Assembly (NCBI GenBank): GCA_028748975.1
Contig: JAQTPI010000002.1
Span: 51,213 to 115,212 of the forward strand
DNA from: Patescibacteria group bacterium
GTDB taxonomy: Bacteria > Patescibacteriota > Patescibacteriia > UBA2196
DNA length: 64,000 nucleotides
Direction of reading: 5' to 3'
A program made the translations under genes and the position numbers. Under the pieces are notes generated by a model that searched no databases, was not told the origin of the DNA, and worked only from the letters and a program-made list of their open reading frames with translations. This document shows positions 48,962 to 58,985 of this stretch, piece by piece (position 1 is the stretch's first letter; each line of letters begins with the position of its first letter).

Positions 48962-49828
48962 ATGAACAGTGAAGAATTTAAAAATCTCTATTCAATGCAA
49001 AGTTTGGATGAATCAATTACGCCGTTTACAAACAATGTTGGCTTTTCATTAATTCGCAAATATCCTGAAAATACAACCTATTTTAAAGACGGAAGAATGA
49101 TGTTTATTAAAGTTGCCATACTTGATGGAGGATTTTTTTACGGAGTGGATATGACTAAACCCGAAAAAAGAGGAGGAACAACCGATTATGTTATTGTTGA
49201 CGGAGAAGAATATAAGAAAAAAATTACAAATTTTTTTTCAAATGATAACGAATTTATATTTGATAATACGACTCAAAAAATAATTTATCAGCCGACAAAC
49301 AAAAGTTTTACGATGAACAAGTTTGTAGAAATTTTAGTAGCAAACCATCTTTCAGACAGACTATTCTTGAAGCGTATCTGGAACGAACTTGCTGATAGAA
49401 TTTTAAAATTTTTATTTTGGCTGTCAGATGCCCATTATGAACGAGCTCAGGTGATGATTGATAAATACGATTATGATAGGGGTGAAATTTTACCCCCAAA
49501 AGATGAAAAGAAAAATATTGAACCATTTTTTAAATATTTTTATATTTCAAAAAATATTTTGTTTTCAATTTTATTAATAACCTTTCCATCCGCCTTTTTT
49601 CTCGGTATTTATTGGGTACGCGGAGATTTTTCATTATCAAACCCAACTTTAGTTTTACTATTTTTTTTAATTTTATTTACATGCGAGAAATTGTCTATCT
49701 GGTTAGATAAAAAAATAAAAAAATTCCTTATACCACCAAAAGATCTCTTTACCGAGAAAAAAATAAACTTTATAGAAAAACTACACAATTATCAGTATCG
49801 AAACAATTTTCAGCTTAAAATAAACTAA
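48962..49828 (+). CDS. hypothetical protein with two C-terminal transmembrane helices
   Basis: Soluble N-terminal domain and hydrophobic C-terminus. Confidence 0.4.
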   Translation: MNSEEFKNLYSMQSLDESITPFTNNVGFSLIRKYPENTTYFKDGRMMFIKVAILDGGFFYGVDMTKPEKRGGTTDYVIVDGEEYKKKITNFFSNDNEFIFDNTTQKIIYQPTNKSFTMNKFVEILVANHLSDRLFLKRIWNELADRILKFLFWLSDAHYERAQVMIDKYDYDRGEILPPKDEKKNIEPFFKYFYISKNILFSILLITFPSAFFLGIYWVRGDFSLSNPTLVLLFFLILFTCEKLSIWLDKKIKKFLIPPKDLFTEKKINFIEKLHNYQYRNNFQLKIN

Positions 49829-49890
49829 TTTATTTTAAAATTTTATTGGATGCTAAAGTTTTCAAAAAATAAAAATTTAAACAAGAAATT

Positions 49891-50559
49891 ATGAACGAAA
49901 AAATATATTATCATTTTTTATCTTCAAAAAATGCAATTGATGATCTTGAGCAAAAAAGAATAAAAATTAGTTTAATAGATGAATTGAACGATCCATTTGA
50001 ATTATTGCCATATCTAAGATATAAAGAAGCTAAAAAAAGAAAAACCTATCACAACATTCGTAAAATAGTTTCAAAAAAATATGGTCTCCTGTGTTTTTCA
50101 AAAAAATGGGAGGAACCGCTTTTATGGGGGCACTATGCTGATAAACATCGGGGAATAGCAATAGGTTTTGAAATTTTAAAAGATAAAATATTGAGAGTAA
50201 AATATAATACTGTACCAAAAAGAATAGAATTTGAACTGACAAAAAATCAAGAAAAAAATATAAAATTATTTCTTGATTTGGCTAAAACAAAATATAAAGT
50301 ATGGTCATATGAAGAGGAATACAGAATATTAGTAGAACTTAATAATCGTAATGATGGTCATTATTTCATTCAGTTTGGAGATAGACTAAAAGTAAAAGAA
50401 ATAGTTTTGGGCTGTAATTTTGATAAAAAAAAGTACAAGAAGATAAAAAAATTAGCAAATCGATTACACGCCAAAGTTATACCAACTAGACAAGGCTGGG
50501 AAGATTACAAAATACGCCAATGTGGAACGAAAACTAAAGAATTTCAAAATATAAAATAA
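49891..50559 (+). CDS. DUF2971-like protein
   Basis: YHFLS...LNDPFE motif recalled as characteristic of DUF2971. Confidence 0.45.
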   Translation: MNEKIYYHFLSSKNAIDDLEQKRIKISLIDELNDPFELLPYLRYKEAKKRKTYHNIRKIVSKKYGLLCFSKKWEEPLLWGHYADKHRGIAIGFEILKDKILRVKYNTVPKRIEFELTKNQEKNIKLFLDLAKTKYKVWSYEEEYRILVELNNRNDGHYFIQFGDRLKVKEIVLGCNFDKKKYKKIKKLANRLHAKVIPTRQGWEDYKIRQCGTKTKEFQNIK

Positions 50560-50757
50560 TTTCCTCCGCCGCGCCGCGGAAAAAAACGGAGCAGAAAAAC
50601 GGAGCAGGGGATTGTCAAATTTAAAAATCAAAACCCCAAACCCTAATCCTTGGTTAATTTAGCTATAGCTAATTTAACCAAGGATTGAAAAACAGTAAAA
50701 TTAATAATGTTTGATTAATTCTGCTATAGCAAATTTAATCAAAGATTGAAAAAATAA
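50560..50757. repeat. Intergenic module R1 with 36-bp near-perfect palindrome (50648-50683) and second palindrome (50710-50744)
   Basis: tttcctccgccgcgccgcgg leader. ccttggttaatttagctatagctaatttaaccaagg. tttgattaattctgctatagcaaatttaatcaaag. Confidence 0.7.
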
Positions 50758-50923
50758 GCGGGGAGCAGACCTTTGTCAAAACTGGTTGCCCCGCTTTTTG
50801 TTTTGGGAGCTTATTTTTAAGTATAATCTAATTATAGACAAGTACAATACCCTTGTCAATTTTTTGTCAAGTCCAAATTTGACAAATTACCTTCACTGGA
50901 TGTATAATTAAGTTATCCACAAT

Positions 50924-51676
50924 ATGGCTATCCATAAAACCCAAACAAAGCTCCTGGAATTGGCCGAAAAACAAAATTTGGCTGGTTTAACTTTGCGCAA
51001 AATAGGGGAATTAATCGGCGAACCAAACAGCCCGCAAAAAATTAAACACCACCTCAACAAACTCTTTGAAAAGGGCTTATTAGTTAACAGTCTTGATAAC
51101 AAAAAAATAAGCAAAACTTCCACCGGCTTTAATTCCGAGATGAAATTAATTTCCTTGCCAATTTACGGCTCGGCCAACTGCGGCCAGGCTTTGGAATTGG
51201 CTGATGACAAAATTCAGGGCTATTTAAAAATTTCTCCCTCGATTCTAAAAGAAAAATTTAGAAAAAAAATAAAAGATTTGTATATTCTCAAAGCCATTGG
51301 CTATTCCATGAACCGCGCCAATATCAACAACAACAATATTGAACATGGTGATTATTTGATTATTGATAAAAGCCAAAATGTTCCCGAAGACAACGATTAT
51401 GTCGTTTCCGTCATCGATGGCGCGGCCAATATTAAAAAGTTTTATTCAGATAAAAAAAATCAAAGAATAATTTTAAAATCGGAATCAACTAATGATTTCG
51501 CGCCGATTTATATTCATGCCAACGATCTGGAACAATATGCGATTTGCGGCAAAGTCATTGATGTTTTAAAAGAACCCGAGGATTTTAATGACTGGCAAGA
51601 CGCCGGTTTGTCTGACACTTTGAAAGCGCTTGGTCCAATGAGCGATGAAGAACACAACTACTACATGAATTTATGA
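50924..51676 (+). CDS. LexA-like repressor (winged HTH + S24 peptidase domain)
   Basis: N-terminal LexA-type wHTH. AIGYSM (Ser nucleophile) and downstream Lys (NIKKF). Length 250 aa. Confidence 0.7.
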   Translation: MAIHKTQTKLLELAEKQNLAGLTLRKIGELIGEPNSPQKIKHHLNKLFEKGLLVNSLDNKKISKTSTGFNSEMKLISLPIYGSANCGQALELADDKIQGYLKISPSILKEKFRKKIKDLYILKAIGYSMNRANINNNNIEHGDYLIIDKSQNVPEDNDYVVSVIDGAANIKKFYSDKKNQRIILKSESTNDFAPIYIHANDLEQYAICGKVIDVLKEPEDFNDWQDAGLSDTLKALGPMSDEEHNYYMNL

Positions 51677-52011
51677 AACAAAAAGAAATTTGGATCGTTA
51701 AATATCCGGACGACGCGGCCGGCCATGAATATAAAAAAGAAAGGCCTGGTTTGATAATTGAATCTGACCAACAAATACAAAAAACCAACATCTTTACGGT
51801 GGTGCCTTTAACTTCCAATTTAAGCAACGTAACGGCCGACGATATTTTAATAAAAAAAGACCAGGAAAATAATCTTTTTGCCAATTCAGTTTTAAAAACA
51901 CACCACATCCAATCTTTTGATCGTTCTCGCTTTATCAAAGGAATTGGTAAAATTAACGAAAACACGTTGGAAAAAGTAAAAACATACCTCAAAAAACATT
52001 TCGATTTATAA
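51673..52011 (+). CDS. MazF/PemK-family endoribonuclease toxin
   Basis: KERPGLIIESD ... NIFTVVPLTSN ... IQSFDRSRF PemK signature. ATGA stop/start overlap with the upstream gene. Confidence 0.75.
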   Translation: MKQKEIWIVKYPDDAAGHEYKKERPGLIIESDQQIQKTNIFTVVPLTSNLSNVTADDILIKKDQENNLFANSVLKTHHIQSFDRSRFIKGIGKINENTLEKVKTYLKKHFDL

Positions 52012-52098
52012 CCCTATTGCTTTTCTAAGTTGACTAACCATCATTTTTTTTATTCCCGGTTTAGTGCTAAAATTAAACCATCATAACCACCACAAAAA

Positions 52099-52285
52099 TT
52101 TCCTCCGCCGCGCCGCGGAAAAAAACGGAGCAGAAAAAACAGAGCAGGGGATTAAAAAAATTAAAATAATTAAATCCCCAAATCCTTGGTTAATTTAGCT
52201 ATAGCTAATTTAACCAAGGATTGAAAAACAGTAAAATTAATAATGTTTGATTAAATTTGCTATAGCAGAATTAATCAAACATTAA
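52099..52285. repeat. Intergenic module R2 (palindromes at 52184-52219 and 52244-52280)
   Basis: Same leader and palindromes as R1. Confidence 0.7.
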
Positions 52286-52345
52286 AAATAACATAAAAAA
52301 ATCATATTCTCTAATTCGCGCGAATAGGCGAATAGTTAAAAAAAC

Positions 52346-52684
52346 ATGCAAAAATATCAAAAAATATTTTGGGCGATTATTATTCTTATAGCCGTGACCG
52401 CACCAATAATTGTTTTGGCACTCCAGCCACCAGGCGAAAGAGTGGCCGGAGTAACCATTTTACCCCAAGCCAAACACTCCTTTGCCTATATTTTTTCTAC
52501 CTATAAGATACATTTCTTCTTTTTAGTGATATTAGCTATTTTATTAATAACTCCCCTTGATTTTGTCAAAAGAGAAAAAGTTATTAAAATAATTTTTTTA
52601 AGCATCTTTCTAATTCTTCTTGTGCTGACCGGTAAGACTTTGTATACCGATATGACCATGCCCACTATTATAATTTATCAATAA
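52346..52684 (+). CDS. small polytopic membrane protein
   Basis: Three hydrophobic helices. Confidence 0.4.
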   Translation: MQKYQKIFWAIIILIAVTAPIIVLALQPPGERVAGVTILPQAKHSFAYIFSTYKIHFFFLVILAILLITPLDFVKREKVIKIIFLSIFLILLVLTGKTLYTDMTMPTIIIYQ

Positions 52685-52687
52685 GTA

Positions 52688-52812
52688 TTTCCTCCGCTGC
52701 GGCGCGGCGCAAAAAAACGAAAAAAAAACGGAGCAGGGGACTAAAAAAATTAAAATAATCCAAAACCCTAATCCTTGGTTAATTTAGCTATAGCTAAATT
52801 AACCAAGGATTT
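52688..52812. repeat. Intergenic module R3 (perfect 36-bp palindrome 52773-52808)
   Basis: ccttggttaatttagctatagctaaattaaccaagg. Confidence 0.7.
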
Positions 52813-52821
52813 AAAAAATAT

Positions 52822-53694
52822 ATGAAAAAAACCATTCTCTATTCTGTTTTGGCTCTGGTCATAATCGTTTTAATTATCGGGGCTATTCGCTTTTTAACGC
52901 CGGAAGACACCTGGCTTTGCCAAAAAGGCGAGTGGGTGAAACATGGCAATCCCTCCGCGGCGGCGCCCACCACCGGTTGCGGCGAAGCAAAAGCTTGCAC
53001 CACGGAAGCAAAAGTTTGTCCGGATGGTTCGGCTGTGGGACGAACCGGCCCCAATTGCGAATTTTCGCCTTGTCCCGGGGAAAAATCAGTGACTTTTTTC
53101 TGCGATAACAATAGAAAAATTCAGGCCAAATTCTATTTGCCGCAGGACACCTATGTTGATTTGGTTTTAAGCGACGGCCGCAGTTTACAATTGCCGCACG
53201 CCATTTCGGCAAGCGGCGCCCGCTATGCCAATGCTGACGAAAGTCTGGTTTTTTGGAACAAAGGCGACACTGCTTTTCTGACCGAAAATGCCACTACCAC
53301 CTTTGCCAATTGCGTGCTTTACACCGACAATAACACCGGTCTGGCCAACCCCGCCTCGGTCAATTGCACGGCCAAGGGCGGCACACTCAAAATTCAAAAG
53401 AACAGCAAGGGCGGCGAATACGGAGTTTGTTTTTTTGAAGATAATCGCCAATGCGAAGAGTGGGCGCTCTTGCGCGGACAATGTCCGGTGGGCGGATTAA
53501 AAGTCACTGGCTATCAAACCGACGCGCAGATCTATTGCGCTATTACCGGTGGCACTGTTGAAGGCATGGACTCGCCGGTTCCGATGTGCAAAAGAATTGA
53601 CGGAACATATTGCAACGCCGAATCTAATTTTAATGGCGACTGCCCAGACCCCAATGACCCCAACCCCAGCGCCGGCAATGTGGAAGCGCCATAA
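52822..53694 (+). CDS. secreted MliC-like + DUF333-like cysteine-rich protein
   Basis: Signal anchor. FFCDNN...YANADESLVF (MliC-like). NPASVNC..GG..C.FEDN.QCEEWA (DUF333-like), present twice. Confidence 0.5.
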   Translation: MKKTILYSVLALVIIVLIIGAIRFLTPEDTWLCQKGEWVKHGNPSAAAPTTGCGEAKACTTEAKVCPDGSAVGRTGPNCEFSPCPGEKSVTFFCDNNRKIQAKFYLPQDTYVDLVLSDGRSLQLPHAISASGARYANADESLVFWNKGDTAFLTENATTTFANCVLYTDNNTGLANPASVNCTAKGGTLKIQKNSKGGEYGVCFFEDNRQCEEWALLRGQCPVGGLKVTGYQTDAQIYCAITGGTVEGMDSPVPMCKRIDGTYCNAESNFNGDCPDPNDPNPSAGNVEAP

Positions 53695-53845
53695 ATAAAA
53701 TTTTAAAAAACTTTTAAAACGGGAAATTAAAAATAAAATCTGCGTTTTTTAGAATCCGCCCTGGTTTTAAGCCGGAGCGGATTTTTTGTTTTGACTTTGT
53801 CGCCTAAAAGCGGGATAATAAAAGTATAAATTAAAAAATAAACCT

Positions 53846-55081
53846 ATGAAAAAACTCCTAATTATTATTGGCATTGTGGTTGTGGTGATTGGCGCGGCCG
53901 GATTTTTTGTCCTGCCTAAAATAGCCGGTCAAAGACAGGGCGGTCCAGGGCAGGGCGGATCTCCTTGTGCTGTCGCGGCAGGCGAATGGGTGCCCCAAAG
54001 AGGCGAATGCCCGGGTACGGGCGTGGAAATGAGGACGAAATGCAACGAATTCTGCGAAAAACATCCGGATTGCTGCGGTGAAAGAAATGAAAACGCCGGT
54101 GGAAGTTTTGGCGGACGGGAAGAAATTTTGCCCCTGCCAGCTGATAAAGTTATTTCAAGATTGAAAAGAAATTATCCGGCAACAATTAAAGCGCTGAATG
54201 AGGGCCCAAATATTTATACCCGCGAAGGTCCCGCGGAAATTTTCAGTGAGGAAAAGCTGGAAAAAATAAAAGCGATCGGCTTTAATACCATTCAGGTTTT
54301 ATTAATTGGCAAAAAAGAAAATGGCCAACTCGTTTTCAACGAAGTCAATAACGCCGTCCTACTGAATGACATCGTGGCCATAAAGAAACAGGGTTTGGCG
54401 GTCTGGGTGGCGCTGGACATTGCCGGCGTGCCGGCGAACATGGGCGTGGGCAATAGTTTGGGAGATTATGAAATTTTTAAGGCGTCTTTTTTGGAATTTA
54501 CAAAAAAATCCGCTGAATTGATGGAGCAATACAAGGTGGAATATTTTACTCCCAACAATGAACCGGACAAGCCCTTTAAAGAGCAAAAAAATTGGAGCGC
54601 AACCGAGGTTAATAATAATTTGGCTGATTTTCTTCCGGCTACCAATGCCGCGGCGCGTGAAAAATTCAGCGGCAAACTGATTAATAAAATTACCCAGGCG
54701 GAGCATCACGCCCAAAAAGTGATTGATGCTTCTTTTCAAAACGTGGACATTGCCGGAGTTGATGTCGGCCCAGCCATGGATGAACATACAAACCTGACCA
54801 GGTACAAAGAAGAATTTGAATCTTACCAATATTATGCCACTCTGGCGGAAAAAGCCGGCGTGCCCTGGATGAACGCGGAATACTGGCAGGGAGATTTTGA
54901 TTCGGGTTACAGTAATTTTGCCAAAAACAATGAATTGGAATATTCAAAAATTTCTTTTGATGCCTATTTGAAAGTCGTGCCCAAGGGAAAGGGTTATGTT
55001 TGGAATGACATCAGGACATTTTCTCTGCCGCAAGGCGAAGAGACCAAAAATGCTTTAACTGAATTTTTTAACAAAATATAA
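53846..55081 (+). CDS. secreted glycoside hydrolase-like protein (GH5-like TIM barrel)
   Basis: Signal anchor. YFTPNNEPD acid/base-like motif. Confidence 0.4.
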   Translation: MKKLLIIIGIVVVVIGAAGFFVLPKIAGQRQGGPGQGGSPCAVAAGEWVPQRGECPGTGVEMRTKCNEFCEKHPDCCGERNENAGGSFGGREEILPLPADKVISRLKRNYPATIKALNEGPNIYTREGPAEIFSEEKLEKIKAIGFNTIQVLLIGKKENGQLVFNEVNNAVLLNDIVAIKKQGLAVWVALDIAGVPANMGVGNSLGDYEIFKASFLEFTKKSAELMEQYKVEYFTPNNEPDKPFKEQKNWSATEVNNNLADFLPATNAAAREKFSGKLINKITQAEHHAQKVIDASFQNVDIAGVDVGPAMDEHTNLTRYKEEFESYQYYATLAEKAGVPWMNAEYWQGDFDSGYSNFAKNNELEYSKISFDAYLKVVPKGKGYVWNDIRTFSLPQGEETKNALTEFFNKI

Positions 55082-55084
55082 ATT

Positions 55085-55561
55085 ATGTACGCGTTATTAA
55101 TAATTGGGGCAGTACTTATGATTTTGGGAATTATCGGCAGTGTCATGCCCGCCATGCCCGGGCCGATTTTGGGTTTCTTAGGAATTATTTTTTTGCATTA
55201 TGGTAAACCAGACTCCGTTTCCATTTCTTCCTTAATAGTTTTCGGTTCCATCGTGGTGTTTTTACTTTTAATTGATTATTTTGTTCCTATCTTCGGCGCG
55301 AAATTTTCCGGCGCATCCAAAAGGGGGCTGTTCGGAGCATTTTTGGGAAGTTTAATCGGTCTCGTCTACTTTCCGCCACTGGGAATTTTTGTCGGCGCAT
55401 TCCTGGGCGCGGTGGCGGGAGAATTAATCGGCGGTAAAAAGGGGCCGCAGGCACTCAAAGCCGGAGTTGGAACTTTGGTTGGCAGCGCGTCCATGATAAT
55501 TTTGCAGACGATTTTTTCCCTGTTTTTGGCAGTTTATTTTTTTATTAAATTATTCAGTTAA
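55085..55561 (+). CDS. DUF456-like small membrane protein
   Basis: [11 protein letters not shown] motif. Four helices. Confidence 0.4.
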   Translation: MYALLIIGAVLMILGIIGSVMPAMPGPILGFLGIIFLHYGKPDSVSISSLIVFGSIVVFLLLIDYFVPIFGAKFSGASKRGLFGAFLGSLIGLVYFPPLGIFVGAFLGAVAGELIGGKKGPQALKAGVGTLVGSASMIILQTIFSLFLAVYFFIKLFS

Positions 55562-55572
55562 AAATTAGCTAT

Positions 55573-56502
55573 ATGGCAAAAATATTAATTACCGGCGGGG
55601 CGGGATTTATCGGCGCGCACCTCTGCCAAAAATTATTAACTCAAGGCAACGAAATTATCTGCCTTGATAATTTTTTTACCGGCAATAAAAATAATGTCGC
55701 CGAACTATTAAGTAATCCAAATTTCAAATTAGTGGAGCATGATGTGGAAGAATCATATAATTTTGAAGTTGACCAAATTTATAATTTGGCTTGTCCGGCC
55801 GCGCCCATCTGGTACCAAAAGGATCCGGTCAAGACAGTCCGGACAAATATTATGGGCGCCATTAACGCTTTGGAGCTGGCGAAAAAAATCGGCTGCCGGG
55901 TTTTACAGGCTTCCACTTCCGAGGTTTATGGCGACCCTTTGGTTCATCCCCAAAATGAAAAATATTGGGGCAATGTCAATCCGATTGGTCGGCGCGCCTG
56001 CTATGATGAAGGCAAAAGATGCGCCGAAACATTATTTTTTGATTATTATCGCGAATATGGAATTGATATAAAAGTAGTCAGAATTTTTAATACTTATGGC
56101 CCGAAAATGGCGGTGGAAGACGGCCGGGTCATTTCCAGTTTTATTGTGCAGGCGCTGCAAAATAAAGATTTATTGGTTTTTGGCGAAGGCAAGCAAACCA
56201 GAAGTCCTTGCTTTGTGGCAGATACGGTTGACGGCCTTGTGGCCATGATGGCGAGCGAAAATTTTGTCGGCCCGGTAAATATTGGCAAGGATGATGAATA
56301 TACGATTAAAGAACTGGCGGAAAAAATAATTCAATTAACTGACAGTAAATCAAAAATTGTTTTTAAACCCCTACCGGAAGATGATCCAATCAGGCGTCGG
56401 CCGGATTTGAATTTAGCTAAAGAAAAATTAAATTGGTCGCCACAAATCAGTTTGGAGGAAGGATTGTTAAAAACAACCGAGTATTTTAAAAAGGTTTTAT
56501 AA
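55573..56502 (+). CDS. UDP-glucuronate decarboxylase (UDP-xylose synthase)
   Basis: TGGAGFIG. Yxxx[11 protein letters not shown] typical of UXS. Confidence 0.85.
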   Translation: MAKILITGGAGFIGAHLCQKLLTQGNEIICLDNFFTGNKNNVAELLSNPNFKLVEHDVEESYNFEVDQIYNLACPAAPIWYQKDPVKTVRTNIMGAINALELAKKIGCRVLQASTSEVYGDPLVHPQNEKYWGNVNPIGRRACYDEGKRCAETLFFDYYREYGIDIKVVRIFNTYGPKMAVEDGRVISSFIVQALQNKDLLVFGEGKQTRSPCFVADTVDGLVAMMASENFVGPVNIGKDDEYTIKELAEKIIQLTDSKSKIVFKPLPEDDPIRRRPDLNLAKEKLNWSPQISLEEGLLKTTEYFKKVL

Positions 56503-56505
56503 ATT

Positions 56506-58326
56506 ATGCCAAAATGGATTTTGAAAGAAAAATACACTTCCGAATTTGCGGAAAAACTGCCGGGATACTCCCCGGTGGTTTGGCAATTGTTATATGACCG
56601 CGGATTAGATAATCAGGAAAAAATCGACGAATTTTTCAATCCTGACTATTTGAGTGATATTCACGACCCATTCCTGTTTAAAGACGCTAAAAAGGCCTCT
56701 AAATGCGTTTTAGAGGCCATTGAAAAGCAGGAAAGTATCCTTGTTTTCGGCGATTATGACGCTGACGGCGTTACCGCCAGTGTTGTTATGGAAAAAACTT
56801 TGCGCAAGCTGGGCGCCCAAAATGTTGATGTTTTTATCCCGCACCGCGAATTGGACGGCTATGGCCTAAATTTGGAAAAAGCAGAAGAGTTGGCCAAAGA
56901 AAAAAAATATAATTTAATCATTACAGTTGACTGTGGTATTACCAATTTTGAGGCGATAGAAAAATTAAATTCCGCGGGGATTGATACGATTGTCACCGAC
57001 CATCATTTGGCCACCGAAAAACTGCCACCGGCTTTTGCCATTCTTAACCCGTCAGTGGAAAGTGAAATTTATCCTTTTAAAAAATTGGCTGGCGTGGGCG
57101 TGGCATTCAAATTGGCGCAAGCGCTGTTTCGGGAGAAACAAGAAAAACAAGAAAAAAGTGAAAAACAAGAAAAGGGGAAAAAAGAAAAAAAGGAATTACA
57201 TAGTTACGAAGCTTTTGAAAAATGGCTTTTGGATTTGGTCACGCTCGGCACTATCGGTGATGTGTCACCGATTCTGGGCGAGAACCGCACCCTGGTAACC
57301 TATGGCCTGAAAGTTTTAAACAAAACTCCGCGCAAAGGTTTGCAGGAATTAATCCGCGTTTCCAGTTTGTCCGATGGCGAAGAATTAAAAAATCTTCCGC
57401 TCGGCGCGGATTTGTATGATTTAAATATCAGAAATATTTCTTTTCAACTTGTTCCGCGCATCAATGCTGCCGGCCGAATTGACCATGCTTCCTTGGCGTT
57501 GGAATTATTATCTACCGAAGATGAAATTGAAGCTATTGCCTTGGCGCGCGACATTCAGGAAAAAAATTTACAGCGCCAAAAAATTGTGGAAGTTGCCATG
57601 AAAGAAGCCAAAGAAATTTTGGGCGAAGTTACGGACGATAAAAAAATTCTCATTGCGGCGAGCGCCAATTGGCCAGTGGGCATTGTCGGTTTGATTTCCG
57701 GCAAATTAATGGATGAATTTGCCCGGCCGGTAATTTTGATGAATCAGGACGGTGAAAATTATGCCGGTTCCGCGCGCAGTATTGCTGAATTTAATATTAC
57801 CGAGGCTTTAGGCGAATGCGGCGAATTTTTAGAAAGATTTGGCGGCCATGCCAAAGCTGCCGGATTTGGCATCAAAGGCAAAAAGAATTATAATAAATTC
57901 ATTGCCAAAATGGAGGCGTTGGCAGAGGAAAAATTAAAAGACGTGGAACTTACGCCGACGATTGAAATTGACACGGAAATTAAATTTTCAGATTTGAATT
58001 GGGAACTTTGGGATGAAATTAAAAAATTTGAACCCTTTGCCGAAGCCAACCCCTTGCCATTATTTTTGGTAAAAAATTTGAAAGTGGAAAGCGTAGAAGA
58101 AATGGGCAAAAACGGCGGGCACCTGCGTTTTTATTTTTCTGACGGTGCTCTGGCGCATAAAGCCATTTCTTTTGGCACGGCCGTTGAGTGGAAAGATAAA
58201 ATTAAAAGCGGCGACATAATTGACGCTGTGATGGAATTCGGAATAAATGAGTGGAATGGCAACAGGGAATTGCAGTTTAAACTGGTGGACTTTAAGCCGG
58301 AGGGTTGTCATCCCGAGAAGGCCTGA
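56506..58326 (+). CDS. recJ: single-stranded-DNA-specific exonuclease RecJ
   Basis: DHH motifs (DYDADG, DHH). DHHA1 GGGH-like. EKQ repeat insert at 57134-57193. Last 6 codons and stop lie inside a MITE. Confidence 0.85.
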   Translation: MPKWILKEKYTSEFAEKLPGYSPVVWQLLYDRGLDNQEKIDEFFNPDYLSDIHDPFLFKDAKKASKCVLEAIEKQESILVFGDYDADGVTASVVMEKTLRKLGAQNVDVFIPHRELDGYGLNLEKAEELAKEKKYNLIITVDCGITNFEAIEKLNSAGIDTIVTDHHLATEKLPPAFAILNPSVESEIYPFKKLAGVGVAFKLAQALFREKQEKQEKSEKQEKGKKEKKELHSYEAFEKWLLDLVTLGTIGDVSPILGENRTLVTYGLKVLNKTPRKGLQELIRVSSLSDGEELKNLPLGADLYDLNIRNISFQLVPRINAAGRIDHASLALELLSTEDEIEAIALARDIQEKNLQRQKIVEVAMKEAKEILGEVTDDKKILIAASANWPVGIVGLISGKLMDEFARPVILMNQDGENYAGSARSIAEFNITEALGECGEFLERFGGHAKAAGFGIKGKKNYNKFIAKMEALAEEKLKDVELTPTIEIDTEIKFSDLNWELWDEIKKFEPFAEANPLPLFLVKNLKVESVEEMGKNGGHLRFYFSDGALAHKAISFGTAVEWKDKIKSGDIIDAVMEFGINEWNGNRELQFKLVDFKPEGCHPEKA

Positions 58327-58365
58327 TAACAATCAGGCCGACGAGGGATCTCGCGGATGACAATT
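58305..58365. mobile_element. MITE (ttgtcatcccgag ... gggatctcgcggatgacaa) supplying the recJ stop
   Basis: Perfect terminal inverted repeats. A second related unit lies at 58400-58440. Confidence 0.6.
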
Positions 58366-58440
58366 AAATTATAATAAAATTAATTTGTGGCATAAGCTAC
58401 GAGATTCCTCGTCGCTCTCGCTCCTCGGAATGACAATCAC

Positions 58441-58863
58441 ATGAGTAATATAAAAAAACTAATCATCTTTACCGATGGCGGCGCGCGCAATAACCCAGGG
58501 CCAGCCGGCATCGGCGTGGTCATCTGTGATGGCGCTGATGAACATAAAGTCCTCGCCACCCACAAGAAATACATTGGTGAAACCACCAATAACCAGGCCG
58601 AATACAAAGCCGTGGTTTTGGGCTTGGAGGAAGCCAAACAAATGAAAGCGGAAGAGGTGGAAGTGCGCTTGGATTCAGAACTTGTTTGCCAGCAAATCAA
58701 TGGCGAATATAAACTCAAAAATAAGGATTTTCAAGAGAGTTTCATTAAAATTTGGAATCTGCGCCAGAGCTTTAAAAAAGCGACTTTCAAACATATTTTA
58801 CGCGAGAAAAACAGATTGGCGGATAAATTGGTGAATCAGGCGATTGATGGAAGAAGTGAATAG
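58441..58863 (+). CDS. rnhA: ribonuclease HI
   Basis: TDGG...GPAG. TNNQAEYKA. Asp/Glu catalytic pattern. Confidence 0.8.
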   Translation: MSNIKKLIIFTDGGARNNPGPAGIGVVICDGADEHKVLATHKKYIGETTNNQAEYKAVVLGLEEAKQMKAEEVEVRLDSELVCQQINGEYKLKNKDFQESFIKIWNLRQSFKKATFKHILREKNRLADKLVNQAIDGRSE

Positions 58864-58985
58864 AGAAGAGAGAATAGTGGAGAGTGAATAATAACTAAAT
58901 TACTCCTCACTATTCACTAATTATTAATGCCACTTGACACGATTTTTAATAGGGTGTATGATTTATGTATTGTTTTTTAAAAATG

